Shown: positions 1-10,625 of the stretch, one piece after another | How positions within the stretch are numbered: position 1 is the first letter of the stretch | Layout of the letters: the number at the start of each line of letters is the position of its first letter | Assembly: GCA_040756875.1 (NCBI GenBank) | Contig: JBFLYH010000001.1 | Span: 1-64,000, forward strand | Source of the DNA: a candidate division FCPU426 bacterium | GTDB lineage: Bacteria > Oederibacteriota > JAAXVQ01 > JAUVAV01 | DNA: 64,000 nucleotides | Direction of reading: 5' to 3' | The notes under the pieces: model-generated | Databases searched by the model: none | What the model saw: only the letters and a program-made list of their open reading frames with translations | What the model was told of the DNA's origin: nothing | Translations under genes and position numbers: made by a program

Positions 1-2
1 AA

Positions 3-263
3 CAACAGCAGCAGCAACAACAGCAGCAACAGCAGCAACAGCAGCAACAGCAGCAACAGCAACCGCCGCCGCAACAACAACCACAGGATCAACCGCCACC
101 GCAGCAGCAGCCTCCTCCTCCGTTGCCTCCGGAGATGCAGGACAAGCTGGACAATGCGGAGCAACAGGACCGCGACCAGCAGCGGCAAAAACAACAACGG
201 CAGGATAAACAGAACAAGGACAAGTTCAACCAGGCTTGGGGAAAGGAAGACAAGGATTGGTAA
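3..263 (+). CDS. 3' end of a Gln/Pro-rich protein ending ...KEDKDW, resembling the tail of BatC/TPR-type proteins (5'-truncated by window edge)
   Basis: Frame 3 reads a poly-Gln run, then PPPPQQQPQDQPPP...NQAWGKEDKDW, with TAA at 261-263. Not in the ORF track because the start lies outside the window. Confidence 0.6.
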   Translation, partial: QQQQQQQQQQQQQQQQQQQQPPPQQQPQDQPPPQQQPPPPLPPEMQDKLDNAEQQDRDQQRQKQQRQDKQNKDKFNQAWGKEDKDW

Positions 264-778
264 GCCAAACGCTACGGGTGATGGGCTTGGATCCGGGTTA
301 TGGACGGTGCGGTTGGGGCGTGATTCAAGCCGAAGGCCAGCGCCTGAACGCAGTGGCGTGCGGGGTGATCGAAACCTCGGCCAAGACCGCGTTCCCGGCC
401 AGACTATTGCGACTGCAGGATGAAATCCAAACGCTGATCAAGGCGCATGCGCCCGGGGAAGCGGCCATCGAACAATTGTATTTCTCCAAGAACGTCAAGA
501 CCGGCATTGATGTCGGCCAGGCCCGGGGGGTGGCCCTGGTCACCTGCGCCCGAGGCGGCCTGGCGATCAGCGAATACAAGCCCGTGGAAATCAAGCTGGC
601 GGTTACGGGGTTCGGCGCGGCGCCCAAGAGCCAGGTCCAGAGAATGGTCAAACTCCTGCTCAAGCTCGAACAGGAGCCGGAACTGGACGACGCGGCCGAT
701 GCACTGGCAGTGGCCATTTGCCACGTGCATTCCCGAGCCTTGAAACAGCACGCGGCAAACCGAACGCGGCCCGCGTAA
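257..778 (+). CDS. ruvC: Holliday junction resolvase RuvC
   Basis: GLDPG, AIEQLYF, VGQARGV, TGFGAAPKSQV and DDAADALAVAICH motifs. Start uncertain (TTG257, GTG278 or ATG281). Confidence 0.95.
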   Translation: MVSQTLRVMGLDPGYGRCGWGVIQAEGQRLNAVACGVIETSAKTAFPARLLRLQDEIQTLIKAHAPGEAAIEQLYFSKNVKTGIDVGQARGVALVTCARGGLAISEYKPVEIKLAVTGFGAAPKSQVQRMVKLLLKLEQEPELDDAADALAVAICHVHSRALKQHAANRTRPA

Positions 779-798
779 CGCGGACAGGGTGGGACAGC

Positions 799-1401
799 AT
801 GATTGCATTCCTTAAAGGGATCATGGAAGCGATTACGGATCATGGATGCCTCGTGGACGTCAATGGCGTTGGGTATGAAGTGCTCATGCCGGCCTCCCAG
901 ATCAGCCGTCTGCCCGCCCTGGGAGAACCGGTGACGCTCTATACCTGGCACATGCAGCGCGAGGACGGAGTGCAGCTTTTCGGTTTTCTGGCTCCCGAAG
1001 ACCGAGGGTTGTTCAAACTGCTGTTGGGTGTCACGGCCGTGGGTCCCAAATCCGCGCTGGCTGTCCTTTCCGCCCTGACCTTGGCCCAGCTCGAAGACGT
1101 GGTCGCCCGCCAGGATACGGCCGCGCTATCACGCATCCCGGGCATCGGCCGCAAGACGTCGGAGCGGCTGCTGCTGGAATTGAAGGACAAATTGAAGACG
1201 CCGGCGGCGGGAACTCCCGTCCTGCCCGCGGCTGAACAGGAGACTTTGGCCGAGGCTTTGGAAGCCTTGGCCGCCCTTGGCTATTCGCGCGTCCAGGCGC
1301 GGCAGGCGTTGCAGAAGGTTGCGGCCGAAGCCTTGCCCACAGGCCATAGCGTCGAGGCGAGGCTGGCCGAATGGGTAAGAAGGGCGTTGAGGTTTTTATA
1401 A
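799..1401 (+). CDS. ruvA: Holliday junction branch migration protein RuvA
   Basis: MIAFLKG, VNGVGYEV, HhH motifs VGPKSAL and IPGIGRKTSERLLLELK, C-terminal ALAALGY. Confidence 0.97.
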   Translation: MIAFLKGIMEAITDHGCLVDVNGVGYEVLMPASQISRLPALGEPVTLYTWHMQREDGVQLFGFLAPEDRGLFKLLLGVTAVGPKSALAVLSALTLAQLEDVVARQDTAALSRIPGIGRKTSERLLLELKDKLKTPAAGTPVLPAAEQETLAEALEALAALGYSRVQARQALQKVAAEALPTGHSVEARLAEWVRRALRFL

Positions 1402-1413
1402 TTTTTTGAGGTT

Positions 1414-1436
1414 TCCGACCTGTCAGACAGGTCGGA
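1414..1436. repeat. Perfect palindrome between ruvA and ruvB
   Basis: TCCGACCTGTC-A-GACAGGTCGGA; a partial extra copy TCGGACCTGTCTGA follows at 1441. Confidence 0.8.
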
Positions 1437-1478
1437 CGAGTCGGACCTGTCTGAAAAGCGCAAAACAGGAGAGTCAGC

Positions 1479-2525
1479 GTGAAGACACCTTCAACCGGCG
1501 AACCCGGAGAACCCCGGGTGCTGGCATCCCAACTGGCCGAGGACGAGCGGCAGGGCGAGTGGTCGCTGCGCCCCGAACGGCTGGATGATTTTGTGGGCCA
1601 GGCCAAGGTCATCGCGGCATTGAAAATTTTCATTCAGGCGGCGAAACAGCGCCAGGAACCCCTGGACCATGTGCTTTTTCTGGGTCCGCCGGGGTTGGGC
1701 AAAACCACCCTGGCCATGATCATGGCCAGGGAAATGGGCGTGCACATCAAGGTAACCTCAGGACCGGCCATTGAAAGGCCCGGCGATCTGGCCGCGATTC
1801 TTACCAACCTGCAGCCCAATGACATCCTGTTCATCGATGAAATCCACCGCCTGAACCGGTCGGTGGAGGAGATACTGTACCCGGCCCTGGAAGATTTCGC
1901 CCTGGATATCATCATCGGCAAAGGCCCCAGCGCGCGTTCCATCCGGCTGGATTTGCCTCGCTTCACCCTGATCGGCGCGACCACCCGCGCCGGTCTGATC
2001 ACCAGCCCCTTGCGGGACCGCTTCGGCGTCAGCCACCGACTGGATTTCTACCAACCCGAGGAATTGCAGGCCATCGTGCTGCGTTCCGCGAAGCTGTTTG
2101 GTTTTCAGCTGACCCGGGACGGCGGGCTGGAGATCGCGCGCCGGTCCCGGGGCACGCCCCGGATCGCCAATCGGCTGCTGAAGCGGGTCCGCGATTTTGC
2201 CCTGGTCCACAATGCGCAGGCCAGCGATGCGGGATTGGTGGGACGGGCCCTGGATTTCATGGAAATCGACGACCGCGGCCTGGACCAGATGGACCGGCGG
2301 CTGCTGGCCACGATCATCGACCATTTCGGCGGCGGCCCGGTGGGGATCGAAACCCTGGCCGTGGCTTTGGGCGAGGAGACTGGCACGCTGGAGGACGTTT
2401 ACGAACCCTTCCTGATCCAGATCGGTTTTCTGCAGCGGACTTCGTCGGGCAGGAAAATAACTCCGCAGGCGTATGCGCACCTCGGCCGGCCGCTGCCGGC
2501 CACGGAACAGGGTAAGCTGCTGTGA
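1479..2525 (+). CDS. ruvB: Holliday junction branch migration helicase RuvB
   Basis: SLRP, Walker [10 protein letters not shown], Walker [37 protein letters not shown]. Confidence 0.98.
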   Translation: MKTPSTGEPGEPRVLASQLAEDERQGEWSLRPERLDDFVGQAKVIAALKIFIQAAKQRQEPLDHVLFLGPPGLGKTTLAMIMAREMGVHIKVTSGPAIERPGDLAAILTNLQPNDILFIDEIHRLNRSVEEILYPALEDFALDIIIGKGPSARSIRLDLPRFTLIGATTRAGLITSPLRDRFGVSHRLDFYQPEELQAIVLRSAKLFGFQLTRDGGLEIARRSRGTPRIANRLLKRVRDFALVHNAQASDAGLVGRALDFMEIDDRGLDQMDRRLLATIIDHFGGGPVGIETLAVALGEETGTLEDVYEPFLIQIGFLQRTSSGRKITPQAYAHLGRPLPATEQGKLL

Positions 2526-2965
2526 AGCGGCTGCCCCGCATCCGGGTAGCGGGCGTGGCGGTCAAAGGCGACTGCCTGCTGCTGGTCAGGCACCGCCGGG
2601 ACGGCCGCGAATATTATTTGCTGCCCGGCGGCGGATTGGAATGGGGCGAAACCTGCGCCGAGGGCCTGGCCCGCGAATTCATGGAGGAACTGTCGCTGCG
2701 CGTTTCAGTGGGCCGGCTCCTGTGCGTGAACGAATCGCTGGAACCGCGCGGACGCCGGCACATCCTGAACCTGACTTTTCACGTGCGCCTCCGGGGCGGA
2801 CGCCTGCGGGTGAACAGGGACCGCAGGCTGCAGGGAGCCTGCTGGGTGAAGCGGAAGGACCTGGGCCGCCTGACTTTCTATCCCGAGATACGCCGGACCC
2901 TGATCCAAGCCTGGAACCGCCGCTTTCAGGGCGGCGCCAGGCTGGTGGAGACACCCTGGACATGA
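2522..2965 (+). CDS. NUDIX hydrolase
   Basis: Nudix box [29 protein letters not shown] overlap with the ruvB stop. Confidence 0.9.
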   Translation: MKRLPRIRVAGVAVKGDCLLLVRHRRDGREYYLLPGGGLEWGETCAEGLAREFMEELSLRVSVGRLLCVNESLEPRGRRHILNLTFHVRLRGGRLRVNRDRRLQGACWVKRKDLGRLTFYPEIRRTLIQAWNRRFQGGARLVETPWT

Positions 2966-3516
2966 CCCTGGCCAACTGGCTGACCGTACTGCGGATCGTT
3001 TTGATCCCGTTTTTCGTGTCCGCGCTGATATACCGCGAACCCGGCTGGGCGCTGGCTTTTTTTATTTCCGCCATTGTGACCGACGCGCTCGACGGTTTCG
3101 TGGCCCGCCGGACCCAAGTGACCTCTTTGGGACGTTTTTTAGATCCCCTGGCGGACAAACTGCTGCTGGCCACGGCCTTCGTGCTGCTGCCCATCCTGGA
3201 CGGGATTCCGGTCTGGGTGACCGTGGTGGTGGTGTCGCGCGATGTGATTATCGGGCTGGGGTATTTGCTGCTGTATCTCCACTGGGGCTCCACGCAGATC
3301 AAAGTCCGGCCTCTGGGAAAGATTACGACGTTTCTGCAATCCGTATGCGTGGGCGGCGCGCTGCTGAACATGCTGTTGGCCGGACCGGAGTGGATGTCCA
3401 TCTACCTGGCTTATCTGGCCGCCCTGGCGACCGCCGGCTCGGGCATTGATTATATCCTTCAGGGCGTGCTGCGCGCCAACCAGCTGGCAGGGTCCCGCAA
3501 GTCAGGCGCCGACTGA
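2962..3516 (+). CDS. CDP-alcohol phosphatidyltransferase (PgsA-like)
   Basis: [11 protein letters not shown] and TDALDGFVARR...LGRFLDPLADK signature; ATGA overlap with the NUDIX gene. Confidence 0.9.
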   Translation: MTLANWLTVLRIVLIPFFVSALIYREPGWALAFFISAIVTDALDGFVARRTQVTSLGRFLDPLADKLLLATAFVLLPILDGIPVWVTVVVVSRDVIIGLGYLLLYLHWGSTQIKVRPLGKITTFLQSVCVGGALLNMLLAGPEWMSIYLAYLAALATAGSGIDYILQGVLRANQLAGSRKSGAD

Positions 3517-3535
3517 AGCACACCGCCTAAGAAAT

Positions 3536-3574
3536 AAAAAAGCCCGGCCGGATTAACTCCGGCCGGGCTTTTTT
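3536..3574. terminator. Bidirectional intrinsic terminator
   Basis: A6-GCCCGGCCGGA-ttaac-TCCGGCCGGGC-T6 between convergent genes. Confidence 0.9.
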
Positions 3575-3592
3575 ATTGGCGATATTTATACT

Positions 3593-4147
3593 TTAGAAAC
3601 CAATACCAATGGCGAGTCCCAGCCCGAAAAGGAAACCGCTGAAACTTACGCTGTCAGAATCACCCAAACTGTTGGTCGCGCTGACCGAGCCCATGTTGTA
3701 GCCCAGGTTGATATAAGGCGAAAGCACGAATCCGACTTTTTGTCCGAAGATCCATTTGTATCCCAATTGTCCATAAATGGAATAGATCATCGAAGTGCCG
3801 GAACCGCCATCCTTGATGCTGGAGGTGACGCTTAAAATGTCTACTGAGGGGCCCACATACAGACCGCGGGGGGCCTTGAGGTCGTCGTTCAGGTAAAAGC
3901 GCCACGAGAGGCCGCCGCCGACAGAGGTTGTGGTCCAGTCGCCCAGAGTCCAACCGCCGAACTTGCCGCGGACAGCCAGGGCATTGGTATCGCCCATGGC
4001 GGTCTCAAACTCGATGTCCGGCCCCCAGCCGATAAAGCCCAGAGGATTCACGGTAATATTGCTGCTGATTTCAGCATGAGCGGCCGAAGCCATACCCGCG
4101 GCCATCAACAACAGGATTGCCAATACGCTTGCGCTTTTTCTTACCAT
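3593..4147 (-). CDS. Small outer-membrane beta-barrel protein (DUF3575-like)
   Basis: Signal peptide MVRKSASVLAILLLMAAGMASA, alternating beta-strand pattern, GYKWIF, C-terminal IGIGF; GGAGG RBS upstream of the ATG at 4147. Confidence 0.7.
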   Translation of the reverse strand: MVRKSASVLAILLLMAAGMASAAHAEISSNITVNPLGFIGWGPDIEFETAMGDTNALAVRGKFGGWTLGDWTTTSVGGGLSWRFYLNDDLKAPRGLYVGPSVDILSVTSSIKDGGSGTSMIYSIYGQLGYKWIFGQKVGFVLSPYINLGYNMGSVSATNSLGDSDSVSFSGFLFGLGLAIGIGF

Positions 4148-4187
4148 ACCACCCCTCCTTGAATTGAGATTGAAAGCTAGTGGTGCC

Positions 4188-4216
4188 ATTATATATAATC
4201 GGCTGAGGTTTGACAA
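4188..4216 (-). promoter_or_regulatory. Sigma70-type promoter for the beta-barrel gene
   Basis: Minus strand TTGTCA-17 nt-TATAAT. Confidence 0.55.
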
Positions 4217-4266
4217 TTCTTTATCCCGAATAGGGGCGGAACATCGGTCGGTGTAGAGGAGAGGAA

Positions 4267-5375
<1,109 letters not shown>

Positions 5376-5379
<4 letters not shown>

Positions 5380-5975
5380 CAACCGAGGGTGTCGTTAAAT
5401 TTTCCTGCCATTGGAACCGGCGGCCGCCTGAACCCGGGTGGCCCCCGCAGGAACTGAACCGCTGGCGTTCCCGTTTGCACGCCCTGGGCCTGGTCGGGGT
5501 TTATCCCAACCGGATCGGGTACGGCAATGTGAGCCAGCGGGCGGAATACCCGGGCCAATTCGTCATTTCCGGCACTCAGACCGGCGCCTGGGAGCAGCTC
5601 GGCCCCGAGCATTATACGCGCGTGGTGTCCGTGGATCTGGCCGGCAATGCCGTGACCTGCGAGGGGCCGATCCGGGCGTCATCCGAATCCCTCACCCACG
5701 CGGTCATCTACCAGTCCATACCCGCGGTCCAATGCGTGTTTCATGTCCATCATGCCGCGCTGTGGACCCGCCTGCTGCACCACCTTCCCACCACCTCGGA
5801 AGCAGCGGCCTACGGCACTCCGGAACTGGCCCGCGAGCTGCTGCGCCTGGGGCGGGAATTGGCCGGGCAGGCTTGCGGCCTGGTGGTGATGGGCGGCCAC
5901 CCCGAGGGGCTGCTGGCTTTTGCAGAGCAGCCCGAGCAGGCAGGCTCGCTGTTGTTGAAATACCTCGCTGAATAG
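5376..5975 (+). CDS. Class II aldolase/adducin family protein (MtnB- or Ald2-like)
   Basis: GYGNVSQR, SSESLTH and HVHH metal-binding motifs; ATGA overlap with mtnA. Confidence 0.8.
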
Positions 5976-6034
5976 ACGTCCTCAGGCATTTCCGGTCTTA
6001 AACGACTCCACTGACCCGGTCTGGACGATAGCCG

Positions 6035-6063
6035 TTGACAGGCCAGGGTATCTTTGCTACACT
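6035..6063 (+). promoter_or_regulatory. Sigma70-type promoter
   Basis: TTGACA-17 nt-TACACT upstream of the site-2 protease/trpS operon. Confidence 0.7.
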
Positions 6064-6222
6064 TGGTCCCGTTTCCGGAAAAAGGCTTGTAATTAATAGC
6101 TATTTCACCTTTTCGACCCATACCCGGATTACTGGCCCCAGAAACCCGAACCAGGCCTCTGCGCTGCGGAATGAACAAAGTCCCGCGGCAAGCAGAGGGA
6201 AGATTCACCATATGGAGCGCTA

Positions 6223-6876
6223 GTGCCTGCAGAAGCGATTATTAATATATTGGTCGTTATCCCGGGTTTGCTGCTGGGGATCGTTTTTCATGAAGTGGCG
6301 CACGGCTGGATGGCCGACCGCTTGGGCGATCAGACCGCGCGCATGGTGGGGCGGCTGTCCCTGAATCCGCTGCGGCATCTGGACCCCTGGGGTACGGTTC
6401 TGCTGCCGCTGTTTTTACTGCTGCTGTCGAAAGGCAGCATGGTGTTCGGGTACGCCAAGCCCGTGCCGATCAACCTGCGCAATCTGCGGAACCTGCGCCG
6501 GGACGTTCTGCTGATTTCCCTGGCCGGTCCGGCGGCGAACCTGCTGACCGCCATCGCCGTGATTCTGCTGGCCTGGGTGGCCCGTTTTTCCGGGTGGCTG
6601 GAAAACCCGGGCCTGCGCGAGGTGGCCTACGCGGCCATGTACATCAATATCCTGCTGGCCGCGTTCAACCTGCTGCCCCTGCCGCCGCTGGACGGCGCCG
6701 AGATCGTCGCTTCTCTGTTGCCTGAACCGTGGTCGCGCCGGTTTCAGCAGCTGGCGCCGTACTCGTTTTTAATCTTCATGGTGTTGTATTTCACCGGTTT
6801 GTTGGGCGTGCTGCTTATCCCCATTACGCAGGTCATCCGCATCCTGCTCATCCCCCTGGGCAATCCCTTCGCCTAG
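6223..6876 (+). CDS. Site-2 protease family (M50) membrane metalloprotease
   Basis: HEVAH, GRLSLNPLRHLD, AGPAAN, FNLLPLPPLDG. Confidence 0.93.
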   Translation: MPAEAIINILVVIPGLLLGIVFHEVAHGWMADRLGDQTARMVGRLSLNPLRHLDPWGTVLLPLFLLLLSKGSMVFGYAKPVPINLRNLRNLRRDVLLISLAGPAANLLTAIAVILLAWVARFSGWLENPGLREVAYAAMYINILLAAFNLLPLPPLDGAEIVASLLPEPWSRRFQQLAPYSFLIFMVLYFTGLLGVLLIPITQVIRILLIPLGNPFA

Positions 6877-6894
6877 AAATCGGAAAGGAAACAC

Positions 6895-7908
6895 ATGAGC
6901 GGTCAGAAACCCGTCATTCTAAGCGGCATGCGGCCCTCGGGCCGCCTGCATCTCGGCCATCTGGCCGGCGCGTTGAAAAATTACCTGCGCTACCAGGCCG
7001 AGGGCGCGGTCTGCCATTTCATGGTGGCGGACTGGCACGCCCTGACCAGTGAATACGCGGCGCCGGCCGCGATCCGCGAGAATTCGCGCGAGCTGCTGCT
7101 CGACTGGCTGGCCGTGGGCCTCGATCCCGAGCGGGCGGTCCTGTTCGCGCAGTCCGACATCCCCGAGCACGCGGAACTGCACCTGATTCTGTCCATGCTC
7201 ACGCCTCTGCCCTGGGCCGAACGCTGCCCGACCTTCAAGGAACAGCAGCAGGAGGTGACGGACCGCGACCTTAACACCTACGGGTTCCTCGGCTATCCCA
7301 TCCTGCAGGCCGCGGACATCCTCCTTTACCGCGCCACCCACGTTCCGGTCGGCGCGGACCAGCTGCCGCATGTGGAGATGACCCGGGAGATCGCCCGGCG
7401 TTTCAACTTTTTGTACGTTCCCGAAGGCGCGCCGGTGCTGCCCGAACCCGAGTCCGTCCTTACCGAGAGCCCGCGGGTGCCGGGCATTGACGGCCGCAAG
7501 ATGAGTAAAAGCTACAACAACGCCATTTTTCTGGCGGACGACGCGGCCGCGGTAGAGCGCAAGGTCATGCAGATGTATACCGACCCCCAGAAGCTGAGGG
7601 CGGACACGCCGGGGCAGCCGGACAACTGCGTAGTGCTGGCGTTGTTCAAACTGTACCTGCCCGACGCGGCCGCCGGCGTGGAAGGCGAGTGCCGGGCCGG
7701 CAAGCGCGGCTGCGTGGCCTGCAAGCGCCAGTTGCTGCCCGCGCTGCAGCAGGTGCTGGACCCGATCCGCAAGGAGCGCGAGCGCCTCGCGGCGGACCCG
7801 GGCCGCCTGGAGACCGTGTTCGCCGACGGCGCGCGACGCGCCCGGGCCGCGGCCGCGGACACGATGGTGGAGGTCCGCAAGGCCCTGAACTGGCGGCAGC
7901 GGCCATGA
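6895..7908 (+). CDS. trpS: Tryptophan--tRNA ligase
   Basis: SGMRPSGRLHLGH, YPILQAADILLY, VPVGADQ, KMSKS. Confidence 0.97.
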   Translation: MSGQKPVILSGMRPSGRLHLGHLAGALKNYLRYQAEGAVCHFMVADWHALTSEYAAPAAIRENSRELLLDWLAVGLDPERAVLFAQSDIPEHAELHLILSMLTPLPWAERCPTFKEQQQEVTDRDLNTYGFLGYPILQAADILLYRATHVPVGADQLPHVEMTREIARRFNFLYVPEGAPVLPEPESVLTESPRVPGIDGRKMSKSYNNAIFLADDAAAVERKVMQMYTDPQKLRADTPGQPDNCVVLALFKLYLPDAAAGVEGECRAGKRGCVACKRQLLPALQQVLDPIRKERERLAADPGRLETVFADGARRARAAAADTMVEVRKALNWRQRP

Positions 7909-8687
7909 CCTACCGTCTGCGGTTGGACGTGTTCGAGGGGCCGTTCGACCTGCTTTTGTACCTGATCAAAAAGAACGAGATCGACATCTACGACATTCCG
8001 ATCGCCAAGATCCTGGACGAATTCCTGGAATACGTGGAGCTGATCCGCGAACTGGATTTGGAAGTGGCCGGCGATTTCATCCTCATGGCCTCCACCCTCA
8101 TGCAGATCAAATCGCGTATGCTCCTGCCCAAGGAGTCGCTGGCCCTGGAGGCGGGGGAAGAGGTCGACCCCCGGGCGGACCTGGTCCGGCGGCTGCTGGA
8201 ATACAAGCGTTTCCGCGAGGTGGCCGGGGTGCTGGAACACGACGAGCAGGTCCAGCGCGGGCGGTACTGGCGGCCGGTGAGCGTGCCCACGGAAGAGGAA
8301 CTGGCCGAGGCCAAGGCGGCTGACCTGACCGGCCCGTTCCAGGAGGTCAACCTGTTCGACCTGCTGGCGGCCTTCAAGCGGGTGGTGGCTTACGCCGCGC
8401 CGGAGACATTCCGCGAAATCCGGCCCGAGGAAATCAAGACCAGCCAGAAGATCAACGAGATCCTGGACGCCCTGGAGGAAAACGATACCATGGATTTCAC
8501 GGCGCTCATGCTCAAACAGCAGAGCCGGCTGGGCATGGTCACCGTGTTCCTGGCGATTTTGGAACTGGCGCGCCTGAAGGCCATCGAGGTGTACCAGGAG
8601 AGCGCCTTTGGCGACATTAAAATCAGACGCGTAGATGAATTCACCGCGGCTGCCCGGCAGGCGACGGTGGACAAGGAGGCCGTGTAA
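7905..8687 (+). CDS. scpA: Segregation and condensation protein A
   Basis: FEGPFDLLLYLI, IDIYDIPI, LMQIKSRMLLP, FLAILEL. Confidence 0.96.
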   Translation: MTYRLRLDVFEGPFDLLLYLIKKNEIDIYDIPIAKILDEFLEYVELIRELDLEVAGDFILMASTLMQIKSRMLLPKESLALEAGEEVDPRADLVRRLLEYKRFREVAGVLEHDEQVQRGRYWRPVSVPTEEELAEAKAADLTGPFQEVNLFDLLAAFKRVVAYAAPETFREIRPEEIKTSQKINEILDALEENDTMDFTALMLKQQSRLGMVTVFLAILELARLKAIEVYQESAFGDIKIRRVDEFTAAARQATVDKEAV

Positions 8688-9649
8688 TGGAACCGCAGGA
8701 ACTGAAAGCCGTCATTGAGTGCCTGCTGTTCGTTTCGGACAAGCCGTTGTCCCTGGGCACGCTCCAGGGGCTCTTGGAGGACGTGGACCGGCGCACGCTG
8801 CTGGCGGCGCTGGACGAGCTTAAAGCCGATTACGATCAGGGCCACCGAGCCTTTCAACTGGTGGAAATCGCCGAGGGCTACCAGCTGGCGACCCGGGTGC
8901 AGTACGCTCCCTGGATCCGGAAGCTGTACAAAAGCCGCGCGAGCAGCAAGCTGTCCCGGGCAGCCCTGGAAACCCTGGCGATCGTGGCCTACCGCCAACC
9001 GATCACCAAGGCCGAGATCGAGGACATCCGCGGCGTGTCCGCGGACAGCGTGGTGAACATGCTCCTGGAACGCAAGCTGATCCGCATCGTGGGCCGCAAG
9101 GAGGTGGTGGGCCGTCCGATGCTCTATGGCACCACCAAGGAATTTCTCCATTACTTCGGCCTCAAGGATCTGAACGACATGCCCATGTTGAAGGACCTGG
9201 AGGACATTCTCAAGGAGGACGAGGCGTCCGAGGACTGGGAGCTGAATCCGTCCGGCGAGCTGGTGGCCAAGATCAAACCCGGCGCCGAGTCAGTGGCCGG
9301 GGAAGGGGAAAGCGCGGGGCCGACGGTTGAAACCGAGGGAGGGGCAATCCCGGCGGCTGAATCCGCGGAGCCCGCCCAGACCGCCGGAATCACGGAAAAC
9401 CTTGAACCTGCTGAACCCGTTGGGTCCGTTGCACCCTCCGGACCTGCCGACGTTGTGGCTGACGAGGAGATCGCGGCCGCGCCCGAGACCGATGCCCCCG
9501 GCGAAACGGAATCCGTGGACGATCAGGAACTCGAGGATGTGCTGGTCGAGATCCAGGAGGAGACCGGGGCGCTCGAAGACGAGGAACTGACCGCGGCCCT
9601 GGAGCCGTTGCTGCAGAGCGAACCGCCGGAAGACCCCTCGGTGAATTGA
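8687..9649 (+). CDS. scpB: Segregation and condensation protein B with a long acidic C-terminal tail
   Basis: IECLLF, LSRAALETLAIVAYRQPITK, IRGV, GRPMLYGTT. Confidence 0.95.
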   Translation: MEPQELKAVIECLLFVSDKPLSLGTLQGLLEDVDRRTLLAALDELKADYDQGHRAFQLVEIAEGYQLATRVQYAPWIRKLYKSRASSKLSRAALETLAIVAYRQPITKAEIEDIRGVSADSVVNMLLERKLIRIVGRKEVVGRPMLYGTTKEFLHYFGLKDLNDMPMLKDLEDILKEDEASEDWELNPSGELVAKIKPGAESVAGEGESAGPTVETEGGAIPAAESAEPAQTAGITENLEPAEPVGSVAPSGPADVVADEEIAAAPETDAPGETESVDDQELEDVLVEIQEETGALEDEELTAALEPLLQSEPPEDPSVN

Positions 9650-10447
9650 ATGAGCGGCCTGCAACCTGATTCCCATCGGCGGTTGACCCAGTTTCTGGCC
9701 GATGCGGGCGTTTGTTCCCGCCGGGACGCGGAGGAAATGATCCGCCGCGGCGCGGTGACCGTCAACGGCGCCGTGGTCGCCGATCCCACGGCCCGGATCG
9801 ATCCGGACCGGGACGCGGTCAAGGCCGCCGGGCGCCTGGTGCGGCCCGAAGCGCCCGTGTACGTGCTGCTGAACAAACCCGCGGGATTCATATCCACGCT
9901 CGACGACCCGGAAGGCCGGCCCACGGTGCGCGACCTGTTGCGCGGCGTCCGGGCCCGCGTGTATCCGGTGGGCCGGCTGGATTGGAACACCGAGGGCGTA
10001 CTGCTGCTGACGAACGACGGCGACTTGGCGCAGCGCCTGACCCACCCCCGCTACGGATTTCCCAAGACTTACCTGGCCAAGGTGCGCGGGTTTCCCGAAG
10101 CCGGCGCCTTGCGCAAGCTGGCGCAGGGCGTGCGCATTCCCGGCTGGAATGGGCGCTATGAAAAGACGCTGCCCGCCCAGGTGCGGGTGCGGCAGCGAGT
10201 GCGCGACGGCGCGCTGCTGGAAATCACGCTCCGCGAGGGGCGCCAGCACCAGGTGAAAAAAATGTGCGCCAGCATCGGCCATCCCGTGCTGGCTTTGGCG
10301 CGCATCCGGTTCGGTTTTTTGACTCCGGCCGGACTGGCGCCCGGCCGCTGGCGCCACCTGACTCCCGCGGAGGTCAACCGGTTGAAAGCATACTCTTTTT
10401 CCCCGACAGAGGAATCGCCCTCCCGCCGCAGGACGACGGGAGCATAA
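9650..10447 (+). CDS. rluB: rRNA pseudouridine synthase (RluB/RsuA family)
   Basis: S4 domain (GVCSRRDAE), LLNKPAG, PVGRLDWNTEGVLLLTNDG, EGRQHQVKKM. Confidence 0.88.
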   Translation: MSGLQPDSHRRLTQFLADAGVCSRRDAEEMIRRGAVTVNGAVVADPTARIDPDRDAVKAAGRLVRPEAPVYVLLNKPAGFISTLDDPEGRPTVRDLLRGVRARVYPVGRLDWNTEGVLLLTNDGDLAQRLTHPRYGFPKTYLAKVRGFPEAGALRKLAQGVRIPGWNGRYEKTLPAQVRVRQRVRDGALLEITLREGRQHQVKKMCASIGHPVLALARIRFGFLTPAGLAPGRWRHLTPAEVNRLKAYSFSPTEESPSRRRTTGA

Positions 10448-10472
10448 CCGAAAGCACGGAAAGGAAAACCGG

Positions 10473-10625
10473 ATGGGATTCACTGCCTGGCATGCCTTGG
10501 TCAAGAGCGACTGGTTTATATGGTTCCTGCTCCTGGTGGCGCTGGCCGTGGCGTGGGCTTACCCCATGGTCAGCCGGGTGCTCCAGGACCTGTATTTTGA
10601 CCCCCGGACGGACGCACCCAAATGA
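10473..10625 (+). CDS. Small (50 aa) single-pass membrane protein, not in the ORF track
   Basis: AAGGA RBS at 10461; MGFTAWHALVKSDWFIWFLLLVALAVAWAYPMVSRVLQDLYFDPRTDAPK; ATGA overlap with the next gene. Confidence 0.65.
   Translation: MGFTAWHALVKSDWFIWFLLLVALAVAWAYPMVSRVLQDLYFDPRTDAPK

Noticed and set aside
1-130. CAG/CAA triplet array as a microsatellite or CRISPR-like repeat
   Set aside because: It is an in-frame poly-Gln/Pro coding tract with mixed synonymous codons and no repeat-spacer structure.
6064-6222. Possible T-box or attenuator upstream of the trpS operon
   Set aside because: No T-box consensus, terminator/antiterminator pair or Trp-rich leader peptide is visible.
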